From IMG/VR virus record IMGVR_UViG_2579779105_000001: a stretch of 64,000 nt of DNA; one strand, given 5' to 3'. The notes beneath the pieces are model-generated. The model searched no databases. It was given only the letters and a program-made list of their open reading frames with translations, and was not told where the DNA came from. Each line of letters begins with the position of its first letter. Positions within the stretch are counted from its first letter, which is position 1. Shown here one piece after another: positions 28,352 through 37,211 of the stretch. This DNA comes from a virus. Lineage: Duplodnaviria > Heunggongvirae > Uroviricota > Caudoviricetes. A program made the translations under genes and the position numbers.

Positions 28352-28857
28352 TGGATGACTCCTTTACGAAGCTGTTCGGCGATATCTTCGAGAACGCCAT
28401 CAGAGAATGAGCGGTCAAAATCGCCTTCCGGCGCATTAGCCATAAACTCAGTAGAGGTAAGAATCATCCGGGCAATATCCGCGGCGTTCTTCGCAGTATC
28501 ATCAATAAAACCAGCTACCCAGGCAGCCAGCATTCTGTTCGCCACAAAGTAAGCGCCCTCCTTGCGTGCTTCAGTCTTCACTTCATCCAGGAAAGTGTCG
28601 GTCGCAGGAGTAGTTTTTTGTGGTGATAGGGCGATACGAATTGTTTCAAGAGCTGGATCTATTTCCACTGTTGGCACCTTGATAAAACCAAGCTGCACGC
28701 CATTCATAATGAACGTGCGGCGATCCTCACATATCGCCTTCAGTCTCGCATTCTCCGCAGCCAGCGCCGCGCGCTCTTTCTCAAGTCGGGAAATTTCCGT
28801 TACATACTCAGCGTTACGCTCTGCCAGTTGTGCGGGCGTTAAACCTTCAGACTTCAT
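28348..28857 (-). CDS. hypothetical coiled-coil protein, paralog of 26612-27544
   Basis: LAAENARLKAI and ATDTFLDEVKTEARKEG ... RMILTSTE segments. Confidence 0.5.
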   Translation of the reverse strand: MKSEGLTPAQLAERNAEYVTEISRLEKERAALAAENARLKAICEDRRTFIMNGVQLGFIKVPTVEIDPALETIRIALSPQKTTPATDTFLDEVKTEARKEGAYFVANRMLAAWVAGFIDDTAKNAADIARMILTSTEFMANAPEGDFDRSFSDGVLEDIAEQLRKGVIQ

Positions 28858-29164
28858 ACACTCTCCTTTCGAAATAAACGTACTGATTAATCATGCCCAG
28901 GGGCATTTCGAGTTTTTCTGCGATCTCACGGCGGGGAACACCACACCGATGAAGCTGCCGTGCCAGTTCTATATCGCCCTGCCGGTATTTGGCTGACGGG
29001 TGAAAGTCTCCTTTCAGAATCATGCAGATCCGCAGTTGCCGCGCTTTGGTTCTGACAGCACTACCGGTACGCCCGATCAGCCTCCCAATACTCTCGACTG
29101 TCATAGTCCCGGCGCACTGGCGGAGTATCATGATTTCTGCCCTTCCCCATCCCCGCCAGCTCAC
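28847..29164 (-). CDS. hypothetical protein (possible HTH)
   Basis: 105-aa ORF. Confidence 0.35.
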   Translation of the reverse strand: MSWRGWGRAEIMILRQCAGTMTVESIGRLIGRTGSAVRTKARQLRICMILKGDFHPSAKYRQGDIELARQLHRCGVPRREIAEKLEMPLGMINQYVYFERRVYEV

Positions 29165-29772
29165 ACAGAACTCCTTCTAACCAAAAGAACGCCATCTTCA
29201 GAAACAACGTTGCAGGACTTCAGGTAATTCATTGCCTCTTTCGGTAATGGATTCTTTGGATCGGCGTTTGCCAGGGATTTCGATAACCTCATGATAAATT
29301 TGATCATTACCTTCTGGCGGAGCTTGTGCTCATGAGATAAAGACAGGTAATAGGAAATGGTATGGGCTAAACGCTCACGAAGCTGTTCTGTGCCGTGATA
29401 TACAGCAGCGATATCACGCAGTGCATTGACCAGTTCCCGGTAAATATGCGGAGCAACCTGGCATTCAATGTTGGTTGGTGACTCATAAATTACATTCAGC
29501 CCCAGCTTTTTAGCCAGCTCGTGCTCTGCACGAGCGCCAACTGATTCCTCCCACCCCTTGAGCAAATAGACCGCATTAGCCGAACGCACCATTGCAAGGC
29601 AAATATCCATGTATTCGCTCTGGCAGAGGCCAGCAGGTAACAGCGCCGGATTCATAACAATATGCCCTACCTCCATCAGCTCTTTTGCTTTCGAAAAAAA
29701 CGCTGTGCGGTTGTAGTCGGGATAACCAGTCATCGGACCCGCGATGTAAATTTTCATAATGCGTTTTGACAT
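29161..29772 (-). CDS. DUF4406-like (nucleoside 2-deoxyribosyltransferase-like fold) phage protein
   Basis: KIYIAGPMTG motif; start set at MSKRIM with a GGGGA RBS. Confidence 0.5.
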   Translation of the reverse strand: MSKRIMKIYIAGPMTGYPDYNRTAFFSKAKELMEVGHIVMNPALLPAGLCQSEYMDICLAMVRSANAVYLLKGWEESVGARAEHELAKKLGLNVIYESPTNIECQVAPHIYRELVNALRDIAAVYHGTEQLRERLAHTISYYLSLSHEHKLRQKVMIKFIMRLSKSLANADPKNPLPKEAMNYLKSCNVVSEDGVLLVRRSSV

Positions 29773-29967
29773 CAAAGTTTCCCCAGGAACGTTACGCAAA
29801 AGTTGATGAGAGCAAAGAGTTCAATGCCCAGCTCAAACAACGCCAGGACAGTGAAAAACAGGACATATAGCAACCCAATTTCTGTATCGGATTGCTGGTG
29901 GATTGCACTAATTGCGACAAGCATCATGACCTCCTGATATAGCGTCTGAAAAAAGTATCTTCATTTT

Positions 29968-29997
29968 GTGTTAGAAAATCAATTTTGATTTTCTAAC
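29968..29997. promoter_or_regulatory. palindromic double operator (TGTTAGAAAATCAA / TTGATTTTCTAACA)
   Basis: Perfect 14-bp inverted repeat of the recurring motif, in the divergent promoter region between the 29161-29772 gene and the ref-like gene. Confidence 0.55.
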
Positions 29998-30043
29998 ATG
30001 TTTGATCAACCATAGCGGCTATGTAGACAAACCGGGTATTTCT

Positions 30044-30619
30044 ATGAAGCAAAGCTATTGGGAGAAACAGACACAAAAAGCCCTGCAAAAACTGGCTGAT
30101 CCGAAATGGCGGGAGGAACAAAGGGCAAAGCGTCTTCAGCAAGCTCAACGCCAGCAGCAGCGTGCGCGAGAAAAAGCCGCATCGCCTGAATATCGGCAAA
30201 AGAAAATTGAAAAAGCGAAGCAATATGAACAGCGAAGAAAAGAGAAGGCCGCTTCTGCTCCTGTCAAAAAAACTCGCGCGTCACGCGGCCTGAAAGGCAG
30301 AACACTCACAGCAGATGAGCGCCGGATACAAACTGCCATCGGTGCTCTCCCCTGCATTGCCTGCCATATGCACGGACAGCATAGCCCTGTGGTATCCCTG
30401 CACCACATCTTCGGAAGAACAGCAGAGAACGCGCATAAATACGTCCTCCCTTTGTGTAAATGGCACCATCAACACGCAGCGCCAGCAGAGATCCGCGAGC
30501 AATACCCCTGGTTGGTTCCTGTTCATGCTGATGGAAAAATAGGCGGTAAAGCAGATTTCAGGCGGCACAATGCTGATGAAATGACGTTGTATCAGATGGC
30601 GATTGAATTGACGAATTAG
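30044..30619 (+). CDS. ref: Ref-like HNH endonuclease (recombination enhancement function)
   Basis: Highly basic N-terminal region plus C-terminal HNH-like Cys/His cluster (CIACHMHG ... HHIFG ... CKWHHQH). In P1, ref is C1-controlled, consistent with the upstream operator palindrome. Confidence 0.55.
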   Translation: MKQSYWEKQTQKALQKLADPKWREEQRAKRLQQAQRQQQRAREKAASPEYRQKKIEKAKQYEQRRKEKAASAPVKKTRASRGLKGRTLTADERRIQTAIGALPCIACHMHGQHSPVVSLHHIFGRTAENAHKYVLPLCKWHHQHAAPAEIREQYPWLVPVHADGKIGGKADFRRHNADEMTLYQMAIELTN

Positions 30620-30634
30620 TTTTCTAACATTTTA
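30618..30634 (+). promoter_or_regulatory. operator-like site AGTTTTCTAACATTTTA
   Basis: Motif instance overlapping the ref stop codon. Confidence 0.4.
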
Positions 30635-30950
30635 AGTTGAATTATAAATTTCTCCGATGTACATTCACTACCGATTGGCACACCGGTCAACTTTTTGAGA
30701 CAAACTGTATAGTTTTTCGTATTATTGCCGCCGCCATACCTATGGCGGTGCAATATAGGTGGCTGAAAAGCCCCCGTTGACTCACGGTGTTCCAGCCTTT
30801 ATTGCGCCGCCACCAGACCGTGGAACAGTCGATGGCGGCTCCGAAAGCAAGGAGTCACTACACTATGAACAGCTACTGTCTTTTCCCGTCACTCGTTGTC
30901 CGCCACTCACGCGATAATCTGCATTCTTTACTCGCGCTGGGGGTGTCAAA

Positions 30951-31118
30951 ATGACCGTTCGCTACCTCAACTTTCAAATCCAGAACATCACTGGCGGTTG
31001 CTATGACTGGTTTGTCACTCTCGGAAAAGAAGTGATCACCGGGAAGCTGGATGAAGTGAAAGCTAAAGCAATGGCCTACGCCTGCAAGCAAGCCCGGAAG
31101 AAATCCGCCAAAGCATAA
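30951..31118 (+). CDS. small ORF (55 aa), below the ORF-track cutoff
   Basis: ATG preceded by a GGGGGTG RBS-like element; translation MTVRYLNFQIQNITGGCYDWFVTLGKEVITGKLDEVKAKAMAYACKQARKKSAKA. Confidence 0.25.
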   Translation: MTVRYLNFQIQNITGGCYDWFVTLGKEVITGKLDEVKAKAMAYACKQARKKSAKA

Positions 31119-31505
31119 AATACTGACTTTTGCGCCCTGGCATTATCGTGGGGTATATTTCTACGGCACCTTAGAAAAACGGGTGCCGGGATTGGAACCT
31201 CACGCGGTAGCTCCTTAACTTAGTCAAAGGAGGCTGCCAATATCGCTACTATCCCCACCCCAACTCATTCTGAATTTATCTGGCGTTTCTATTCCTGCCA
31301 AAAACACCTGTATATCTGCGTCATGGCTGCAACCGAAGCAGAAGCTCGTTCATACCTTCCCCTGGCGGAACGGGGCGTAATTGGTGATAAACAGATACTG
31401 GGAAACAGTGGAACTACATGAGGCGGGAGTAATTCGTGACCTGATGGAGAATTCCGTTCCCCGCCGCTATCGTGCAGGGAACGGCATCTCCGTGGTTAAA
31501 GGTGT

Positions 31506-31898
31506 TTAAAGCTCACCTGCGCGCTGTTTTTCAAGCACAGATTTAACATTTGGCGCTTTCCCTTTAAAAGAATGGAAAGTGCCACATTTTTCTGTTTTAA
31601 CCTCGCGCAGAGCTTCGCCGTCGGCGTTCTGCCATTGATGGGATAATGTCATATCACCGCGAGAAGGAACATCCAGCGAGTACAGCGTGTAAGTTCCCCC
31701 CATCTCCGCATACTCCTGGAACACATAGCTCATTACGTCAGATTCAGTTTTTCGGTGTGCGTTATCAACCTTATTCCCATTCAGAAATATGGCATCTGGA
31801 TAGATTTTTATATCAAACCGACCGCACTTAACTTGTAAATCTCCGGCGCTCGCGATCAAAGGGAAAGACGCCAGTAAAGCAATAGCCAATCTTTTCAA
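31506..31898 (-). CDS. secreted protein with signal peptide
   Basis: N-terminal MKRLAIALLASFPLIASA signal-peptide-like sequence; 130 aa. Confidence 0.5.
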   Translation of the reverse strand: MKRLAIALLASFPLIASAGDLQVKCGRFDIKIYPDAIFLNGNKVDNAHRKTESDVMSYVFQEYAEMGGTYTLYSLDVPSRGDMTLSHQWQNADGEALREVKTEKCGTFHSFKGKAPNVKSVLEKQRAGEL

Positions 31899-31918
31899 TT
31901 CTGCCTCCGCTGCGTAAC

Positions 31919-32542
31919 TTATTGCCCGTATTTTTTACACCATTGCTCTGCCATTTGTTTGGCTAAAGGCCCGGCTACTGCACTGTATTCTGCTGTTTTA
32001 CTTTGCACACATGAAGCAGATGGTTTTTTATTTCGCTGCTCGGTTAGTTTGCGCTCATAAGCCATCATGCTATCGAACCCGGCAATATCACTTTGGCGAA
32101 GCATTCCCTTTTTAACCAAAAATTGCTGCCCCTCTGGCACCAACGCAAGCATAAAAAGAGGTTGCAATAACTCACCTAATCCTTGCTGGCGATACACTTC
32201 GAATTGCTGCCATCCCTGACTTAATCTGGAAAGAGTATCTTTGGTTGAATAACCTGTTTTTGTTATAGCTTTGTCCGTCAGATATGCTGTATATGCAAAA
32301 ACGCAAAAGTCAGTTTTACCAATAAACTGAGTTCCAACAGGCCGTAATGGAATGCCCTCCCTCTTGCAAAAGTCCATAATGGCCGCTTGTGAATGAACTC
32401 CACCAGCGTTATTCATAACCTGCTGCCCTGCCCTGAATTGTGCAGGTAACGCAGTTGCATTGGCAGTATTAGCAGATACGCATCCCAACATAGCCGCGAG
32501 CGCGGCCCCTAAAGCCCTTAACTTCACTACACCATCCTTCAT
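31919..32542 (-). CDS. secreted or periplasmic protein with signal peptide
   Basis: Signal-like N-terminus ...ALGAALAAMLGCVSANTANA; 207 aa. Confidence 0.5.
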   Translation of the reverse strand: MKDGVVKLRALGAALAAMLGCVSANTANATALPAQFRAGQQVMNNAGGVHSQAAIMDFCKREGIPLRPVGTQFIGKTDFCVFAYTAYLTDKAITKTGYSTKDTLSRLSQGWQQFEVYRQQGLGELLQPLFMLALVPEGQQFLVKKGMLRQSDIAGFDSMMAYERKLTEQRNKKPSASCVQSKTAEYSAVAGPLAKQMAEQWCKKYGQ

Positions 32543-32758
32543 GCAAACAAAATGAAGTTTTATGTTATAAAAACAATTAACTACATAAACATGATTTAGG
32601 CCAAATTTCGGTTAAAAAATAAAATCCACCAAAAGTGGTTGACACTATTTTGGAAATCACAAACTGCACATAATCCATCGCGCTAACGGCTCCCGTTGAA
32701 GGTTCTTTTGACGATTAACTTTCAGCCGAAGCGCGGTAGGGAGTCATAACGCCAAAGC

Positions 32759-32783
32759 AGGCCGCCATGTGCGGCCTTTTTTT
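32759..32783 (+). terminator. terminator-like hairpin AGGCCGC-CATGT-GCGGCCT + T7
   Basis: Read directly from the sequence; lies 28 bp upstream of the 32811 start, so it could be a leader or attenuator. Confidence 0.4.
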
Positions 32784-32810
32784 GTATCCGTCATCCGTGG
32801 AGGAAGGACA

Positions 32811-33464
32811 ATGGAAAAGATCGCAATATTCAGCCTGACCACCAGCAAGCCTCAAATGCTCACTGCAATACTGAAAGACGGTGCTCTCATTATTAACGAA
32901 GTAAAACCCCTTCCCGCGTCAGCATTGGAGCAAAAGCAAAAAATTCCTCCAGCTATAGCAGCCCTGCGGAAAAGCAAATTTAAGGTACTGGTAGACGAAA
33001 TTACGCCAACGATCTCCGCTGGCACCGGAGCAAGCCAGGTGACTCTCAAGACCCGTCATGCCGATGGCAGAGCAGCAATCATCGTCGGGATGGAAAGATA
33101 CAGAGAGTTAAAACTCCAGAAGCTATTATCCCTGCCGCAAAATAACAAAGGTGCTTTCGAAATCCCTGACTCCATCGTTGACACCGAATACAACGGTAAC
33201 GGAGAAGAAGTCTACCGGGTGAACTGGCAGGATATCAGGCCGGAGCATATTTTGATGATCCTGTGTTGCTACGCGACCGTATACCACAATGTAGCCAGTG
33301 CGGATTACGTAGAGCAGATGACCGGTACAGTCGAGAAAGAGCAAAAAACAGGCATACTCGCTTCGTTCCTGTCCATTATTGGGCATGAAAAAGTTAAAGC
33401 AGGCACCTCCCAGCCAAAGGCACTGACTGGGAAAGAAGTTGATGAAGATACCGTGATACTTTGA
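32811..33464 (+). CDS. hypothetical protein
   Basis: Start set at MEKIAIF with a GGAGGAAGG RBS. Confidence 0.5.
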   Translation: MEKIAIFSLTTSKPQMLTAILKDGALIINEVKPLPASALEQKQKIPPAIAALRKSKFKVLVDEITPTISAGTGASQVTLKTRHADGRAAIIVGMERYRELKLQKLLSLPQNNKGAFEIPDSIVDTEYNGNGEEVYRVNWQDIRPEHILMILCCYATVYHNVASADYVEQMTGTVEKEQKTGILASFLSIIGHEKVKAGTSQPKALTGKEVDEDTVIL

Positions 33465-33792
33465 TCACATTAGTAGCTTTGTTAACTCCCTCAATACCAG
33501 GTAGAAGAGTAACAAAAATATTGACGCCAGTATTTGCGTGGTCAATGAAGCGTTCATAAACAGATCAATTAGCATTAATAATTCGAAGATAACATCCATG
33601 TCATTCACTCCGTTTAATTTTTAATCTAATGCCAGCAAATGAAGCTGGCCCCCGCATAAAGATTAATGAAAGTCACTTGTCACCAGTGAGGGGATTTATG
33701 AACCACATCCCCCTGAACTGGTGTCCTGTCTGTTTCTCGCATTTCACACCCTGCATACAGTTTCCCCCAGGTTATGACTGAGAGGCTTTGTT

Positions 33793-34122
33793 ATGGGCTA
33801 TAGCAGACTCGACGATAGGTACATTGAAGACGATATTTTTCGTGCGCTGTTTCACCAGGAAATGATTAAGCGGGTATCGGAGTATCACTCTGATAATTTC
33901 CAGTACACGATAAAGATTGATGAAGTATATCGTTCAGACCTTGCAGCCTACAGGGCGTATGGCAATGCAGATTTGCGCTGGGTATTCCGGGTGCTGGTGG
34001 GCCATGAGTCAGAAATGGAAGAAATGCCCGCCGGGACCACGTTAACTCTTCCTGATGTGGCATGGCTGAGGAACAAGATCCGTGATTACGCGAGCGCGGA
34101 ACCGGAGATAGAAAATGCCTGA
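33793..34122 (+). CDS. hypothetical protein
   Basis: 109-aa ORF overlapping the next start. Confidence 0.45.
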   Translation: MGYSRLDDRYIEDDIFRALFHQEMIKRVSEYHSDNFQYTIKIDEVYRSDLAAYRAYGNADLRWVFRVLVGHESEMEEMPAGTTLTLPDVAWLRNKIRDYASAEPEIENA

Positions 34123-35308
34123 TTTCCTGAAAAAACAGGACGGGCGCTATATCACTGACGGCCTGTCCTCTAAGGACTTCACGCGTTTATTCGAGATTAT
34201 CAGGAAAGAACAAACCCGTAAGCGCCGACAAGCTCACCGGACGCTGACGCCAGGTAGACTGAGGAACAAATCCGCCGAAGATATTCTCAAGTTAGGGAAG
34301 AAAAAAGGCGGCACGTTCTTCACGCGAGACGACCTGAAAGGTTTCGAAAAGCTACGGAGTAAAACGCGCGAAAAATATGACAGCAAGACGGCTGGCATCA
34401 CATACGCCCAGCTGGTGGCATCCAGCCAGGCAATCGATATTAAGCGTGCAAATAACGCCGTGGATGACGGATCTGGTATCAAAAGAGCTACCCCCGTATC
34501 TCTTCGCCACAATGTGATTAATATCCGCGTAGAAGCATCGGATATATCCGTCCACCAGCACCATATCGTCCGGATACGCTTTGAAGAATGGGATCAGATG
34601 GTTGATGACATCGCAGAAGACGATAAATCAGCTCTCAAAATCACTAAATCACTGTGCGCCGGGCGAGTGTCTTTCGATTGTGACTGTGGTCGTCATCAAT
34701 ACTGGTATCGTTACATCGCCACTGCGGGTAACTTTGCCCTGGCACCGCCAAAAGAATACGCCTATCCAAAAGTTCGCAACCCGAACCTGCAAGGCGTCGC
34801 CTGTAAACACGTGATCCACTCAATGACGCGGTTACAGTCCGCCAGTTGGCAAATGAGTATTGCTCGTGCGCTACAAAAGGCTGCAACGCAAATTGCATTT
34901 GGTGACGATCGCCGCCGTACAACCAAACACTTCTCAAAAGAAGACGAGAAGGAGTTTAATCGCAATCGTAGCAGTAAAACGAACGTTGAAGCCGCCAAAC
35001 GCGAATGGAGACTCTATCAGAAGCGCCAGGCAGCTTTAAGTTCAAAACTGGCAAAGGACAACGGCAAGATCGACAAGCTACGTGACCAATTGACCAGGGC
35101 CAGAAAGTTGTCAGACGCACAGAAAAAACGGGCGGCTGCAAAAGAAGCGGCCTTGCAACGAGAGAAGCAGAAAAACAAGGAGCTTCAGCAACGCCTTGCC
35201 GATCAGTTCGCACTGAAGAAGCAGGCGTTCATTGATGCGCTTGTCATGGCAGGAACGTCACCTGAGCAAGCTGAAAAAATGTTTATAGAGTACGTGAAAA
35301 AAGCATAA
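34115..35308 (+). CDS. hypothetical protein with Cys/His cluster (zinc-finger-like) and basic coiled-coil C-terminus
   Basis: FDCDCGRH ... CKHVIH cluster; Lys/Arg-rich C-terminal coiled coil. Confidence 0.5.
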   Translation: MPDFLKKQDGRYITDGLSSKDFTRLFEIIRKEQTRKRRQAHRTLTPGRLRNKSAEDILKLGKKKGGTFFTRDDLKGFEKLRSKTREKYDSKTAGITYAQLVASSQAIDIKRANNAVDDGSGIKRATPVSLRHNVINIRVEASDISVHQHHIVRIRFEEWDQMVDDIAEDDKSALKITKSLCAGRVSFDCDCGRHQYWYRYIATAGNFALAPPKEYAYPKVRNPNLQGVACKHVIHSMTRLQSASWQMSIARALQKAATQIAFGDDRRRTTKHFSKEDEKEFNRNRSSKTNVEAAKREWRLYQKRQAALSSKLAKDNGKIDKLRDQLTRARKLSDAQKKRAAAKEAALQREKQKNKELQQRLADQFALKKQAFIDALVMAGTSPEQAEKMFIEYVKKA

Positions 35309-35341
35309 ACCACACATAGCCTAGTAGTTTATGCTGGGCTT

Positions 35342-36070
35342 TCATTTTTTTGAAAGATCAATTCCAGTATTATCAAATAAACTGGAAATATCAGACACCA
35401 ATTTATTAAAATGCTTGTCATCATTATAGAATGATGTGCTTTTTATAGCGACTATAAAATCACATAAATCTTGCGGAGATTCAATGCTAACACCCTTATT
35501 TTTATATAGTTCAATAATACTGCCAACATCAGTATGCAATAGTTTTATCGCACCACAAATTTCTCGCTGTTTCGTAGCTAGGTCATTAAGTTTATTTTCA
35601 TTTTCATCTAATATTTGTTTTGAATATTTAGCGTCATTGGTTGCTTGATTTAACTTTGTTTTCTTTCTTTGCAATTCTATTCTTTTATCATAATCAGCAA
35701 CTTCATCTAAATATCTTATTTCAGTGTATAATTTACTTGTTAGCTTAGATATCGTCAGTGTGAGAATAGGAGCTAATACAGATGCAAATACTCCATAAAT
35801 AAATGGGATTACAACGTGACAAACCCACGGGGGTACAATCCAATTATCAAAGAACGGTACATTACCACCAACAAAAACAATAGATAATGTATATAGGATG
35901 TCGTCCTTTGACTTTAATATAATTAAAATATCCTTCCAGTTAAGGATTAGAAAAGAAATGACAACATATGCAAAAACCTTGTTAAATATTTTATCTTTTA
36001 TTATTTCAGAAAATGATTTTAGTTCTGTTTCATTTATAGACGGATTATCTTTAACTTTTTCTGACATCAT
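35342..36070 (-). CDS. AT-rich membrane protein (three predicted TM helices plus cytoplasmic coiled coil)
   Basis: 242-aa ORF with visibly lower GC than its neighbours; hydrophobic segments near the N-terminus; Asn/Lys-rich. Confidence 0.5.
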   Translation of the reverse strand: MMSEKVKDNPSINETELKSFSEIIKDKIFNKVFAYVVISFLILNWKDILIILKSKDDILYTLSIVFVGGNVPFFDNWIVPPWVCHVVIPFIYGVFASVLAPILTLTISKLTSKLYTEIRYLDEVADYDKRIELQRKKTKLNQATNDAKYSKQILDENENKLNDLATKQREICGAIKLLHTDVGSIIELYKNKGVSIESPQDLCDFIVAIKSTSFYNDDKHFNKLVSDISSLFDNTGIDLSKK

Positions 36071-36091
36071 AGCTTATCCTGATTACTTTTA

Positions 36092-36292
36092 TTATGGATA
36101 GTTAAAAGATTCAACAGGTGATGGTGGCTGAATTGGGTAATGTTTCTTCTCGTACTCCTCAATGAGAAGACTCATAACCTCAAAGAAATCACCTTCCGGA
36201 GTATTCATTTCCGGTTCGTTATCGAACATCGGTTCGACCGCACGCAGTGCGGCCTCATAATCTTGTTCTGTACGGATAGGTTTAATGTTCAT
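36092..36292 (-). CDS. small acidic protein resembling the N-terminal region of HigA-type antitoxins
   Basis: 66 aa; IRTEQDYEAALRAVEPMF resembles the HigA N-terminal segment, recalled from memory. Confidence 0.35.
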   Translation of the reverse strand: MNIKPIRTEQDYEAALRAVEPMFDNEPEMNTPEGDFFEVMSLLIEEYEKKHYPIQPPSPVESFNYP

Positions 36293-36348
36293 TAATTACA
36301 AAGGAAAGCCCACTTGCTAAGTGGGCTTTTTGTATGTGTTTTACTATA

Positions 36349-36687
36349 TCAGGCTGCTTTTTTATTCATGTTCCGCTGAGAAATAAATTTTTCAGCAGTA
36401 TTGATACGACTTAACTCTTCCTGAACGCGCATATCATTTTCGACTTCCCACAGATCTACTGCGGTCTGAAGATTAATCCAAAAATCTACAGAAGTATCGA
36501 ATGCTTTTGCCAGGCGATATGCCATATCCATCGTTAGCTTACGATTATTATTAACAAGAGCACTTACGGTGTTACGATGAACATGAAGTATTTCTGCTAA
36601 CTCGTTGATCTTCAGCTCTAACGGCTCCAGGTATTCGTACAGCAGGATATCACCTACGGTCGTCGGTTTTCTGGTTGCCTGTTTCAT
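36349..36687 (-). CDS. higA: HigA-family antitoxin (XRE-type HTH)
   Basis: HTH LKINELAEILHVHRNTVSALVNNNRKLTMDMAYRLAKAF; directly downstream of higB. Confidence 0.65.
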   Translation of the reverse strand: MKQATRKPTTVGDILLYEYLEPLELKINELAEILHVHRNTVSALVNNNRKLTMDMAYRLAKAFDTSVDFWINLQTAVDLWEVENDMRVQEELSRINTAEKFISQRNMNKKAA

Positions 36688-36758
36688 TTTTTTGCCCTTA
36701 CTAGCGTGCGTATTAAGTGGACTCTGGTCAGAACCCGGTCCGTAACCGGGTATCTGTT

Positions 36759-37061
36759 TTAGTATTTGTGAGGGTCGAGATACAAGTCCTCGGCCTTTCC
36801 GTTAACCCACTTAAAAATTAACCTATATTGCTTATTCACCCTTACTGATGAATAGCCATTTAGCTTCCCTGACAGTTCCTCATACCGATTACCTGGTGGT
36901 GATCTTAAATCCTTACAGGTAGTTGCGGCATTGATAATGTCCAACTTCCGTGACAATGTCATATGAATATCAGGAGGTATCTTTCTATGTGGTGTTGAAA
37001 ATTCAAAAAAATCATCAAGCCACGCATCCCTGAAATCCTTTATGTTAATTTTTTTGGTCAT
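36759..37061 (-). CDS. higB: HigB toxin (RelE/ParE superfamily, killer protein)
   Basis: 100 aa with ...LRSPPGNRYEELSGKLNGYSSVRVNKQYRLIFKW ... LDPHKY signature; toxin-upstream arrangement typical of higBA. Confidence 0.65.
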   Translation of the reverse strand: MTKKINIKDFRDAWLDDFFEFSTPHRKIPPDIHMTLSRKLDIINAATTCKDLRSPPGNRYEELSGKLNGYSSVRVNKQYRLIFKWVNGKAEDLYLDPHKY

Positions 37062-37211
37062 TAGTCATTTGATCCTCCGTGATGATTACCGAATGCCATA
37101 ACTATAGCGCACCGTTGCACTGTGCGCAAGTGCATTTTATGAATTCCCCCTCCTTCATCCAAAATCACAATCTCCCGAAAATCTTCCTTTCGATACCTGA
37201 CAGATCGACCT

